DNA of 64,000 bases from contig SUYP01000014.1 of NCBI GenBank assembly GCA_015060395.1, forward strand, positions 2,966 to 66,965, given 5' to 3'. The notes under the pieces were generated by a model. The model saw only the letters and a program-made list of their open reading frames with translations. It ran no database searches and had not been told where the DNA came from. This DNA comes from Bacteroidales bacterium. GTDB lineage: Bacteria; Bacteroidota; Bacteroidia; Bacteroidales; UBA932. Shown one piece after another: positions 1 through 9,291 of this stretch (its first letter is position 1; every line of letters begins with the position of its first letter). The translations under genes were made by a program, and so were the position numbers.

Positions 1-1
1 C

Positions 2-91
2 TTTACGAAGGAAAAAGTGGATTTCAAGACCAGAGGAACTTACGAAGAAGCATTTTCGGATGAACGCGTAAAAGTAACTGTAAAACAATGA
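2..91 (+). CDS. 3' end of an upstream gene, truncated by the window edge (...FTKEKVDFKTRGTYEEAFSDERVKVTVKQ*)
   Basis: Frame is open from position 2 to TGA 89-91 and overlaps the next ATG (ATGA coupling). Confidence 0.55.
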   Translation, partial: FTKEKVDFKTRGTYEEAFSDERVKVTVKQ

Positions 92-624
92 AAAAGATAA
101 TCTTTACACTGCTTGCCGGCACAGCCTTGCTGGCATCCTGCTCTCAGGACAAAGGATATGTAATCTATGGAACAGTGAGCAATCCTGATCTTGAAGGAGC
201 TCAGGTGTTTCTTGTACCACTTGAAAATGCAACCAAGGAGACCATTGATTCCGTGTATATCCACAACCAGATGTTCGAGTTCCGTGGTACTGAAGAAAAG
301 ATAGCGGATATCAGGATAGAAAGATACAAACGATATGGCAATGAGAATCTTCTGGTTGTCACTGAGCCTGGTGAGACCTTCGTTACCATAGGTCAGGTGA
401 GCAGCAGCAGGGGCACTCCGCAGAATGATTCACTTCAAGTATGGAAGAACCTTACTATGCAGTATAATCAGCAGGTAAGCAGCCTCAGACGCCAGGACAG
501 AAATGAGGAAGCGGCTGCATTACGTGAGTCCTATATTGACCGTACCCGCAGGATGGCCTCAAACGTAGGCAAGGGATCCACACTTGGTGTATTTCTGAAT
601 TCCCGTTTCCCTGACAAAGACTGA
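88..624 (+). CDS. DUF4369-like lipoprotein without a thioredoxin domain
   Basis: Lipobox LLASC; YVIYGTV...VFLVP...FEFRG and EPG...GTPQND motifs typical of DUF4369. Confidence 0.65.
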   Translation: MKKIIFTLLAGTALLASCSQDKGYVIYGTVSNPDLEGAQVFLVPLENATKETIDSVYIHNQMFEFRGTEEKIADIRIERYKRYGNENLLVVTEPGETFVTIGQVSSSRGTPQNDSLQVWKNLTMQYNQQVSSLRRQDRNEEAAALRESYIDRTRRMASNVGKGSTLGVFLNSRFPDKD

Positions 625-628
625 TTAT

Positions 629-2371
629 ATGAATACTTACGTTATGAAATTCTTCGTGGCAGCACTTGCTGCAGTTTCTATTCTTGCCTGCAAGCCTGCA
701 GATGTTGACAATGCTGATGACAAGGTCAGCATCGGCAAGACTGATATTTCCTTCTCTGCAGCAGAGGGAAAGCAGGAACTCTTCATCCATACTGCTGCGG
801 AAATCGAAGTCACCAGCTCGAAAACCTGGTGTGAGGTTACGCAGGAGGCATACGCTTCCGACAAGGCTAAAAGATTCTCAGTCAAGGTGTCGGAAAATGT
901 AAGTGTAACGCAAAGGACTGCCGAACTGACAGTTATGAGAGCTTCTGAGAACGTCGGCAATATAACCGTGACCCAGAAAGGTCATTCTCTTATCGTCGAT
1001 ACTGGCGATGTGAAGAATCTTCCGTCAGAAGAATGCACTTTCTATATCAATGTCCAGGCTGCTGATGACTACACTGTTTCGCTTGGAGGAGCATCGTGGC
1101 TCGAACTTCGTGAAAAGAATCTCAAGGAATGTACCGCTCTGTTTGCTGTGACCGAGAATGTCCAGATGTTTCCACGTGAGACCTATGTCACATTTACGGC
1201 AGGAGGCGAGTCATATAAGGTCTATGTAAGCCAGAAGGCAAGCGAGAAGGAAGTTCCGGCTCCTGATATGACAGGTATGGAATCCGATGCAAAGACTCTG
1301 ATGAAGAAGATGACTCTCGGAATCAATCTGGGAAATACGCTCGAGGCTATCGGTGGAGAGACGGCTTGGGGTGCTCCCAAGACCACCGAGGACATCATCA
1401 AGTATTTCAAGGAACTGGGATTCAATGCCGTACGTATCCCTTGCTCCTGGGACCAGCATCTCGAATCCGGTAGCGGAAACATCGTCAAGGAAAGCTGGAT
1501 GAATCGTGTCAAGGAAGTCGTCGGCTATGTCGTCGATAATGATATGTATGCAGTACTGAACATACATTGGGACGGAGGCTGGCTTGAGAACGACATCCCG
1601 AACGGTTACGATAAGGCTGTAGATGAGAAGCAGGCTGCGATATGGACACAGATAGCGACAGCATTCCGTGATTATGACGAGCATCTTGTCTTTGCCGGCA
1701 CCAATGAACCGAATGTGGAAAATGCCGCTCAGATGGAGACCCTGCTGAGATATGAACAGACTTTCATCGACGCTGTACGTGCGACGGGCGGAAAGAATGC
1801 ATACCGTGTCCTTGTTTTTCAGGGTCCTTCCACAGATGTGGACAAGACGGACAATCTTATGAACAAGCTTCCGAAAGACAATGTCGAGGGCAGGCTTGCC
1901 GCTGAAGTGCATTATTATACCCCTTGGCAGTTCTGCGGTATGAATCAGGATGAGTCCTGGGGCAAGATGATGTTCTTCTGGGGTGATGACCAGAAGGATT
2001 ATGCTGTCGGAGCATACGAGGGCAAGTGGCTCAGCGGATTCAATGAGGATTACGTTGCAGGCCAGATGGCCAAGATGAAGAAGAAGTTCTGGGACAAAGG
2101 TATCCCTGTGATAATAGGGGAATATAGCGTATGCACTACCAAGAACTGCAATCTGGGCACTGCCGAGGAAAATGCAAAGGCATACGAGGGATATATGAAG
2201 TCACGCGCGGCGTTCAACGCTTGTGTAGTACGGGAGGCAAAGTCCAATGGCTGCGTACCGTTCTACTGGCATTGCGAGGGTGACCTGATTGACAGGAAAG
2301 CCCTTAAGGTGACCGAGCAGACGACATACGAGGCCATTGTCGAGGCCGGAAGAACCCAGTATCCGGACTGA
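629..2371 (+). CDS. Surface lipoprotein GH5 endo-xyloglucanase/endoglucanase (GH5_4-like) with two N-terminal BACON domains
   Basis: Lipobox ILAC; BACON repeats (W..V...N....R.A.L.V); NLGNTLE, IHWDGGW, NEP acid/base, HYY and IIGEY nucleophile motifs. Confidence 0.88.
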   Translation: MNTYVMKFFVAALAAVSILACKPADVDNADDKVSIGKTDISFSAAEGKQELFIHTAAEIEVTSSKTWCEVTQEAYASDKAKRFSVKVSENVSVTQRTAELTVMRASENVGNITVTQKGHSLIVDTGDVKNLPSEECTFYINVQAADDYTVSLGGASWLELREKNLKECTALFAVTENVQMFPRETYVTFTAGGESYKVYVSQKASEKEVPAPDMTGMESDAKTLMKKMTLGINLGNTLEAIGGETAWGAPKTTEDIIKYFKELGFNAVRIPCSWDQHLESGSGNIVKESWMNRVKEVVGYVVDNDMYAVLNIHWDGGWLENDIPNGYDKAVDEKQAAIWTQIATAFRDYDEHLVFAGTNEPNVENAAQMETLLRYEQTFIDAVRATGGKNAYRVLVFQGPSTDVDKTDNLMNKLPKDNVEGRLAAEVHYYTPWQFCGMNQDESWGKMMFFWGDDQKDYAVGAYEGKWLSGFNEDYVAGQMAKMKKKFWDKGIPVIIGEYSVCTTKNCNLGTAEENAKAYEGYMKSRAAFNACVVREAKSNGCVPFYWHCEGDLIDRKALKVTEQTTYEAIVEAGRTQYPD

Positions 2372-2407
2372 TATATAACAAAAGACTGATAACCATTAAT
2401 TGATGAC

Positions 2408-4642
2408 GTGATGAAAGCAAAAGGCTTTTTAATGCTACTTATTTCGGGACTTGTGCTGTCTGCAGTATCTGTATCCGCACAGCCGCCATATCTTCAGAGC
2501 CAGACGTATGACGTCGGCCTGGATTTCGGGGATTACTCTCATACCTATTTCTTTGCTGACTCGGTGAATGACGTTGATCCGTCGGAGGCATCCGGACATA
2601 TAAACTGGAAAAGGCACAGCCTTTTTGCCCGTCAGGCATTCAATACGACCGTGACAGCTGTCCAGCCGCTCAAGATGCTGGACTTCCCTGAACCGGAGTA
2701 TGACAATGACCCGAATCTTCCGTTCAAGATAGATTTCGTCACACCTCGCACAGTACGTCTTAGGATATATACCTCTCCGGTGATAATCAAGGAACAGCCG
2801 TCGGTGATGCTGGCTGAAGGCCAGCCTGCCACCTGCAATGACTGGACATACAACAAGGCTGAGGGAGAACACAGATGGACCAGTGAATATGGTACCATAG
2901 CTCTTGCGGAGAATCCTTTCAGAGTCGTACTTTATGATGCGGACGGTAATCTGATGACCGACACCAGAACATTGTCTGACAATGATTCGACCCAGGTGAG
3001 GGTGCTCCCGTTCCAGTTCATCAGACGTTCTTCCGACAACCGCAGGAGCATCAATCCTGTATTTGCCCTGCATCCATACGAGAAGATCGTCGGTTGCGGC
3101 GAGTCTTCCACAGCATTGAACAAGGTAGGCCAGAAGCTGAATCTCTTTGTGACAGACCCTCAGAGCCCTGAGACTCCGGATATGTACAAGCCGGTGCCTT
3201 TCTTTATGAGCAACAGAGGCTATGGAATTTTTATGCATACCTCTGCACCGGTCACCTGTGATTTCGGCCAGTCACACGCTCAGTCGATGAAGCTCTTTAT
3301 GGAGGATGAGACAATGGACTTCTTCATCTTCTTCGGTGAGCCTAAGGATATCCTGGATGAATATACTGATGTCACGGGAAAACCTCAGATGCCGCCGCTG
3401 TGGAGTTTCGGTACCTGGATGAGCCGTATCAGCTATTTCTCTCAGGCTGAGGCATATGACATTGCGGCAAATCTTAGAAAGCATCAGATTCCGTCGGATG
3501 TGATCCACCTCGATACCGGATGGTTCACCACTGACTGGGAATGTGACTATAAGTTCGATCCCGAGCGTTTCCCTGATGCTCAGAAGATGATCGACGATCT
3601 TAAGGCGGACGGATTCCATATTTCATTATGGCAGCTTCCGTATTTCACTCCTCATAATAATTACTACAAGGAGTTGATAGAGAAGGGATTGTATGTGAAG
3701 AATGCAAAGGGTGGAATGCCTTTTGAGGATGCCGTCCTTGACTTCTCCAACCCTGAGACTGTGGAGTGGTACCAGTCCAAGCTCGAGGGACTTCTGAAGA
3801 TGGGGGTCGGAGCCATCAAGGTGGATTTCGGAGAAGGTGCTCCTCTGAATGGTCTGTATCATTCCGGAAAGACCGGATTATATGAGCACAATATCTATCC
3901 TTTGAGATATAACAAGGCGGTAGCTGAGATAACGGAAAAGACTACCGGTGAGCATATAATGTGGGCTAGAAGCGCCTGGGCAGGTTCTCAGAGATATCCT
4001 CTTCACTGGGGAGGCGATGCTTCCAATACTGACATAGGAATGGCGGCTACCCTCCGTTGCGGGCTTTCATTCGGACTCAGCGGCTTCTCTTTCTGGAGCC
4101 ACGATATAGGAGGCTTCGTGCAGAGTACTCCTGAGAATCTCTACCGCAGGTGGCTTCCTTTCGGCTTCCTTACCTCACACACTAGAGCACACGGAGCTCC
4201 TCCGACCGAGCCTTGGCTTTATAATGAAAGCTTTACAGATGCTTTCAGGCAGAGTGCGGAACTGAAATACAAGCTTATGCCGTATATCGTGGCACAGGCT
4301 CAGAGATGCGTTGAAAACGGCCTTCCTATGCTTCGCGCTATGCTGATCGAGTTCCCTGATGATCCGGCTGTATGGCAGATCGATGACCAGTATATGTTCG
4401 GATCGGATATGCTTGTAGCTCCCCTTATGGACGAATCTTCTGAAAGATATGTATATCTGCCTGAAGGCAAATGGGTTGACTATCAGACCAAGAAGACCTA
4501 TACCCCAGGATATCATCGCATCGCAGCCGGCGATATCCCTTGCGTCATCCTTGTCAGAAAGGGTAGTGTGATCCCTCACGTGCCGGTGGCTCAGAGCACC
4601 TCTGAAATCGACTGGAATAAAGTCTATGATGTAAAATTCTAA
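2408..4642 (+). CDS. GH31 alpha-xylosidase (YicI-like), secreted
   Basis: Signal peptide; IKVDFGE nucleophile, HWGGD and WSHDIGGF motifs. Confidence 0.85.
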   Translation: MMKAKGFLMLLISGLVLSAVSVSAQPPYLQSQTYDVGLDFGDYSHTYFFADSVNDVDPSEASGHINWKRHSLFARQAFNTTVTAVQPLKMLDFPEPEYDNDPNLPFKIDFVTPRTVRLRIYTSPVIIKEQPSVMLAEGQPATCNDWTYNKAEGEHRWTSEYGTIALAENPFRVVLYDADGNLMTDTRTLSDNDSTQVRVLPFQFIRRSSDNRRSINPVFALHPYEKIVGCGESSTALNKVGQKLNLFVTDPQSPETPDMYKPVPFFMSNRGYGIFMHTSAPVTCDFGQSHAQSMKLFMEDETMDFFIFFGEPKDILDEYTDVTGKPQMPPLWSFGTWMSRISYFSQAEAYDIAANLRKHQIPSDVIHLDTGWFTTDWECDYKFDPERFPDAQKMIDDLKADGFHISLWQLPYFTPHNNYYKELIEKGLYVKNAKGGMPFEDAVLDFSNPETVEWYQSKLEGLLKMGVGAIKVDFGEGAPLNGLYHSGKTGLYEHNIYPLRYNKAVAEITEKTTGEHIMWARSAWAGSQRYPLHWGGDASNTDIGMAATLRCGLSFGLSGFSFWSHDIGGFVQSTPENLYRRWLPFGFLTSHTRAHGAPPTEPWLYNESFTDAFRQSAELKYKLMPYIVAQAQRCVENGLPMLRAMLIEFPDDPAVWQIDDQYMFGSDMLVAPLMDESSERYVYLPEGKWVDYQTKKTYTPGYHRIAAGDIPCVILVRKGSVIPHVPVAQSTSEIDWNKVYDVKF

Positions 4643-4654
4643 ATTGTCTTTGCT

Positions 4655-6283
4655 ATGCTCAGATCAAATACCGCTCTTTGCACAGCTGCATCGCTGATGC
4701 TCATCATTTCCTGCGGGACTTCGGAACCTGAAAAACTTCTCACTGTGGGCAACCCTTATCTGCCGATGTGGGAGCATATACCCGATGGCGAGCCATACAT
4801 ATTTGAAGATCCGGACAATCCCGGAGAGTACAGGGTATATATTTACGGTTCGCACGATTCCAATATAACCGAATATTGCGGACGCGAGCTTGTCGTATGG
4901 TCTGCATCGCCGGACAATCTCAATGAATGGCGCTATGACGGCGAGATATTCAGGGTGACATATAATGCCGAAGGAGAACCACTGAATGAGTCCGGCCTTT
5001 CCGATGTGCTTTATGCTCCGGATGTTGCTGTAAAGACTGAAGCCGACGGCACAAAGATGTATTATCTCTATCCGAATGACCAGGAGGGTGGAAGACAGAC
5101 CTTGATAGCGAAGAGTCCGAGACCGGACGGCCCGTTTGAAGTCTGCAACTGGAGTGCGGATAATCCGTCTGCCACGGATGGAGTCCTGAGGTTCGATCCG
5201 GCTGTGTTTGTGGATGATGACGGTCGTGTATATGGCTATTGGGGCTTCGAGCGTTCATACGCTGCCGAGCTCGACCCTGAAACGATGTGTACAGTCAAGG
5301 AGGGGACAGAAGTCATTGAGGATATGATTCCAGGAGGTATGGGAGACGATACATTCCGCTTCTTCGAGGCCTCATCCATCAGAAAGATCGAGGATAAATA
5401 TGTTTTTGTTTACAGCCGATGGACCCGCGACGGTGAATTCGGACTTCCTGTCACCAACTATACATTGGCATACGCTTATAGTGATGCCCCTCTTGGACCT
5501 TGGACATACGGCGGAACCATCATTGACGGACGCGGACGCGAGACTGATGAAAGCGGCAGGCCTATTGCATCAGCCACCGTTACTGGCAATACTCACGGAG
5601 GAATCTGCAAGGTTGCAGACCAGTGGTATGTGTTCTATCACCGTCAGACCGGCCTGAATGAGTTCTCGCGTCAGGCAATGGTAGCGCCGATTACCGTGAA
5701 TGTAGAGAAGGGAAAAGGTGGCAAGGTCGAGATCTCTGAGGGTGAGTATAATTCCGAAGGCTTCTCACTGAGCGGACTTGATCCTCTGGAGACTCACTCT
5801 GCAGGTATTGCCTGCTGGTACACAGGACCTAGGGAGGCCATACATAATTGGCCGAACAAGACCTTCTTCGGTTCATACGTTGCTGCCGGCTATGGTACGG
5901 AAGACAAATATGAAGCTCCATACGCTCTTAGGAACAATCATAATCCTGTCGTAAACAATACCGACGGCTCTATTGTAGGATATAAATATTTCAACTTCAC
6001 TTCGACTTGCGGCCGCAGGAATCTAAAGCTTGTCCTGAATCTGATACCGGAAGGTGTCGATGGTACCATTACTGTTATGGCAGACCGACCTTGGGTCTCA
6101 CAGGGAGGCATTGTTCTGGGAAGTCTTGAACTTAAGGCTGATATGCCTGATTCGCCAGCCGATTTTGTAGTTGATGTGCCGGCGCTTGCTGAGCTTACAG
6201 GAAAGCACGCCATATATCTGAAATTCACTTCGGAAGTGGCTGACAAGTCAATATGCGTTCTGAATAATATTAAATTCAAATAA
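4655..6283 (+). CDS. GH43 lipoprotein (xylosidase/arabinofuranosidase) with C-terminal CBM6-like module
   Basis: Lipobox IISC; HIPDGEP, YGSHD, YAPD, FDPAVFVDDDG and FFEASS motifs. Confidence 0.82.
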   Translation: MLRSNTALCTAASLMLIISCGTSEPEKLLTVGNPYLPMWEHIPDGEPYIFEDPDNPGEYRVYIYGSHDSNITEYCGRELVVWSASPDNLNEWRYDGEIFRVTYNAEGEPLNESGLSDVLYAPDVAVKTEADGTKMYYLYPNDQEGGRQTLIAKSPRPDGPFEVCNWSADNPSATDGVLRFDPAVFVDDDGRVYGYWGFERSYAAELDPETMCTVKEGTEVIEDMIPGGMGDDTFRFFEASSIRKIEDKYVFVYSRWTRDGEFGLPVTNYTLAYAYSDAPLGPWTYGGTIIDGRGRETDESGRPIASATVTGNTHGGICKVADQWYVFYHRQTGLNEFSRQAMVAPITVNVEKGKGGKVEISEGEYNSEGFSLSGLDPLETHSAGIACWYTGPREAIHNWPNKTFFGSYVAAGYGTEDKYEAPYALRNNHNPVVNNTDGSIVGYKYFNFTSTCGRRNLKLVLNLIPEGVDGTITVMADRPWVSQGGIVLGSLELKADMPDSPADFVVDVPALAELTGKHAIYLKFTSEVADKSICVLNNIKFK

Positions 6284-6292
6284 TCACAAATT

Positions 6293-9145
6293 ATGAAAAC
6301 TAAACTGAACCATTTCATTCTTATTGCATCTCTGGCCTTGACTGCCTGCGCGGGAACTGTCAGACAGGATGAGAACAGTGTCACCGTGAAGGTGCAGAGT
6401 CCCGTTGAGAACGGACCTGCGCTGGTGAGGCTTGAAGTTGCCGGAGAAAAGCTTATACGCGTGTCGGCTACTCCGGAGAAGAAATTTGCTGATCCTCAGA
6501 GCCTTATCATTATTCCGGCTCAGGAGCAGACTCCGTTTACCGTTGCTCAGAACGGGGATACAGTGATGGTTGCGACAGCATCTGTATGTGCCAATGTCCT
6601 GGCTTCGACAGGTGAGGTATGGTTTACCGGTGCAGATGGCAATGTCATTCTTCGTGAAGAGACAGGCGGAGGCAAGACATTCGAGCCTATCGAAGTTGAA
6701 GGAACACACGGCTATACCTTCCGTCAGGTCTTCGACTCTCCTGAGGATGAGGCGTTCTATGGCCTCGGACAGCATCAGGCTGACGAATTCAACTACAAGG
6801 GAAAGAATGAGGAACTCTTCCAGTACAATACTAAGGTGTCCGTGCCTTTCATCGTGTCGAACAAGGGATACGGCGTCCTGATGGACAGCTACTCGATGAT
6901 GCGCTTCGGAAATCCGCAGGATTACAAGCAGCTTGGAGAGGTGTTCAAGCTCTATGACAAGAACGGAAAGGAAGGCTGCCTGACCGGAACATACGTCCCT
7001 GCCCAAGGTGAGACTCTGGTCCGTGAGGAACCGAAAATCTATTTCGAGCATCTTGTGGCTCCGGAAATGGCTCGCGTGGTGAATCTTCCTGAGGACTTCC
7101 AGTTCTATGGCTCGAATGTGACATACGAAGGAGAACTGGAGGCTTCTGTGACAGGTGATTATCAGTTCATCCTTTACTATGCCGGCTATACTACCGTCAC
7201 TATGGACGGTGAGACTGTAGTTCCTGAGCGTTGGAGGACTGCGTGGAACCCGAATGCATTCAAGTTCACAGTGCATCTTGAGGCTGGAAAGAGGACTCCT
7301 GTACGTATAGACTGGACTCCTGACGGAGGCGTTTCATACTGCGGTCTCCGTGTTTATGATGTGGTCGATCCTGTAGAGCAGGCGAAGCATCAGTGGTGGA
7401 GCGAGATGACAAAGCAGATGGACTGGTATTTCATCGCTGGAGATGATATGGACGAGATCATCAGCGGATACAGAACCCTTACCGGAAAGGCTCCTATTAT
7501 GCCTAAATGGGCTATGGGTTACTGGCAGAGCCGCGAGCGCTACAAGACTTCGACTGAGATGATCGAGGCTCTTGAAGGCTTCCGCAAGAGGAATATCCCT
7601 ATCGACAATATCGTAATGGACTGGAGCCACTGGGAAGAGGATGCGTGGGGAAGCCACGAATTCGATCCTGCACGCTTCCCGGATCCGAAGGCAATGGTGG
7701 ACTCGATCCACAATCTCGGCGGACGTATGATGGTGTCCGTATGGCCTAAGTTCTATGTGGATACAGAACACTACAAGGAGTTCAATGATAAGGGCTGGAT
7801 GTACCACCGCGCATACGAGGACGGTATCCGTGACTGGATCGGACAGGGATATCTCTATGGCTTCTATGATGCGTATGCCCCTGAGGCGCGCGAGCTTTTC
7901 TGGAACCAGATGTACGAGCATTACTATCCTCTCGAAATCGATGCCTGGTGGATGGATGCATCAGAGCCAAATATCCGCGACTGCACCGATATGGACTACC
8001 GCAAGGCTCTCTGCGGCCCTACAGCCCTCGGTTCGTCAACCGAATTCTTCAATGCATATTCGCTTGTGAATGCCGATGCTATCTATAACGGTCAGCGTGG
8101 TGTCGATAATGACAAACGCGTATTCCTGCTTACCCGTTCGGGTTTTGCCGGCCTCCAGAGATATTCAACAGCGACCTGGAGCGGTGACATCGCTACCCGC
8201 TGGGAGGATATGAAGGCCCAGATTTCTGCAGGTCTGAACTTCGCCATCAGCGGTATCCCTTATTGGACAATGGACATCGGAGGTTTCTGCGTGGAGAACC
8301 GTTATGTCGCAGGACAGGAGATCTTCAACCGCACAGGAAAGGAGAATGCCGACCACAAGGAGTGGCGTGAGCTCAATACAAGATGGTTCCAGTTCGGAGC
8401 TTTCTGTCCTCTCTTCCGTGCACACGGCCAGTATCCGTTCCGCGAGCCTTGGGAAATCGCTCCTGAGGGACATCCTGCATACGAATCTATCGTCTATTAT
8501 ACGAAACTTCGTTATGCTCTGATGCCATACGTATATTCTCTTGCCGGCAAGACCTGGTTCGAGGATTATACGATTATGCGTCCGCTCGTGATGGATTTCA
8601 TTGAGGATAAGGCAGTTGAGAATATTGGAGATGCATATATGTTCGGTCCTGCATTCCTCGTTGCTCCTGTATATGAGTATGGTGCACGTTCACGTGAGGT
8701 CTATTTCCCTGAGTGCCAGGGCTGGTATGACTTCTACAGCAATGAGTTCGTCGAGGGCGGTCAGGCCAAGACTGTTGCTGCTCCATACGACAGGATGCCT
8801 CTTTATGTCCGTGCCGGAGCTATCGTTCCGTTCGGTCCGGAGATCCAGTGGTCTGACGAGAAGCCTGCTGATGTGATCGATCTCTATGTATATCAGGGAG
8901 CTGACGGAGAGTTCACTCTCTATGAGGATGAGAATGTGAATTACAATTACGAGAAGGGCGCATATTCGAAGATCGCATTCTCTTACGATGACAGGATGAA
9001 GCTTCTGTCTATCGAGGAGCGTGAGGGTGAGTTCCCAGGTATGCTCGAGGAGAGGACATTCAATATCATTCCTGTTTCGAAGAATGGTGTAGGCAAGACA
9101 CAGACTGTGAAGTACAATGGACTTTCGATGAAGGTCGTATTGTAA
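6293..9145 (+). CDS. GH31 alpha-xylosidase with PA14 insert (xyloglucan-oligosaccharide type)
   Basis: Lipobox LTAC; PA14-like insert; WWMDASEP nucleophile, TWSGD and WTMDIGGF motifs. Confidence 0.88.
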   Translation: MKTKLNHFILIASLALTACAGTVRQDENSVTVKVQSPVENGPALVRLEVAGEKLIRVSATPEKKFADPQSLIIIPAQEQTPFTVAQNGDTVMVATASVCANVLASTGEVWFTGADGNVILREETGGGKTFEPIEVEGTHGYTFRQVFDSPEDEAFYGLGQHQADEFNYKGKNEELFQYNTKVSVPFIVSNKGYGVLMDSYSMMRFGNPQDYKQLGEVFKLYDKNGKEGCLTGTYVPAQGETLVREEPKIYFEHLVAPEMARVVNLPEDFQFYGSNVTYEGELEASVTGDYQFILYYAGYTTVTMDGETVVPERWRTAWNPNAFKFTVHLEAGKRTPVRIDWTPDGGVSYCGLRVYDVVDPVEQAKHQWWSEMTKQMDWYFIAGDDMDEIISGYRTLTGKAPIMPKWAMGYWQSRERYKTSTEMIEALEGFRKRNIPIDNIVMDWSHWEEDAWGSHEFDPARFPDPKAMVDSIHNLGGRMMVSVWPKFYVDTEHYKEFNDKGWMYHRAYEDGIRDWIGQGYLYGFYDAYAPEARELFWNQMYEHYYPLEIDAWWMDASEPNIRDCTDMDYRKALCGPTALGSSTEFFNAYSLVNADAIYNGQRGVDNDKRVFLLTRSGFAGLQRYSTATWSGDIATRWEDMKAQISAGLNFAISGIPYWTMDIGGFCVENRYVAGQEIFNRTGKENADHKEWRELNTRWFQFGAFCPLFRAHGQYPFREPWEIAPEGHPAYESIVYYTKLRYALMPYVYSLAGKTWFEDYTIMRPLVMDFIEDKAVENIGDAYMFGPAFLVAPVYEYGARSREVYFPECQGWYDFYSNEFVEGGQAKTVAAPYDRMPLYVRAGAIVPFGPEIQWSDEKPADVIDLYVYQGADGEFTLYEDENVNYNYEKGAYSKIAFSYDDRMKLLSIEEREGEFPGMLEERTFNIIPVSKNGVGKTQTVKYNGLSMKVVL

Positions 9146-9154
9146 TTCTCTCAT

Positions 9155-9266
9155 AATTTCGGGATGACTATTGTGCATAATCGGCATTTTGCCACCCCCG
9201 GCTAGGGGGAGGGGCCCACTCGCAGAGTGGGAGGGGGCCGATGGAGCACTTAGTCATCCCGAAATT
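9155..9266. repeat. MITE/REP-like palindromic element with a 16-bp perfect terminal inverted repeat and two internal GC hairpins
   Basis: aatttcgggatgacta (9155-9170) pairs with tagtcatcccgaaatt (9251-9266); internal ccccc-ggcta-ggggg and cccactc-gca-gagtggg. Confidence 0.7.
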
Positions 9267-9291
9267 GTAAGTAAATGTTAATTAAAGAAAT

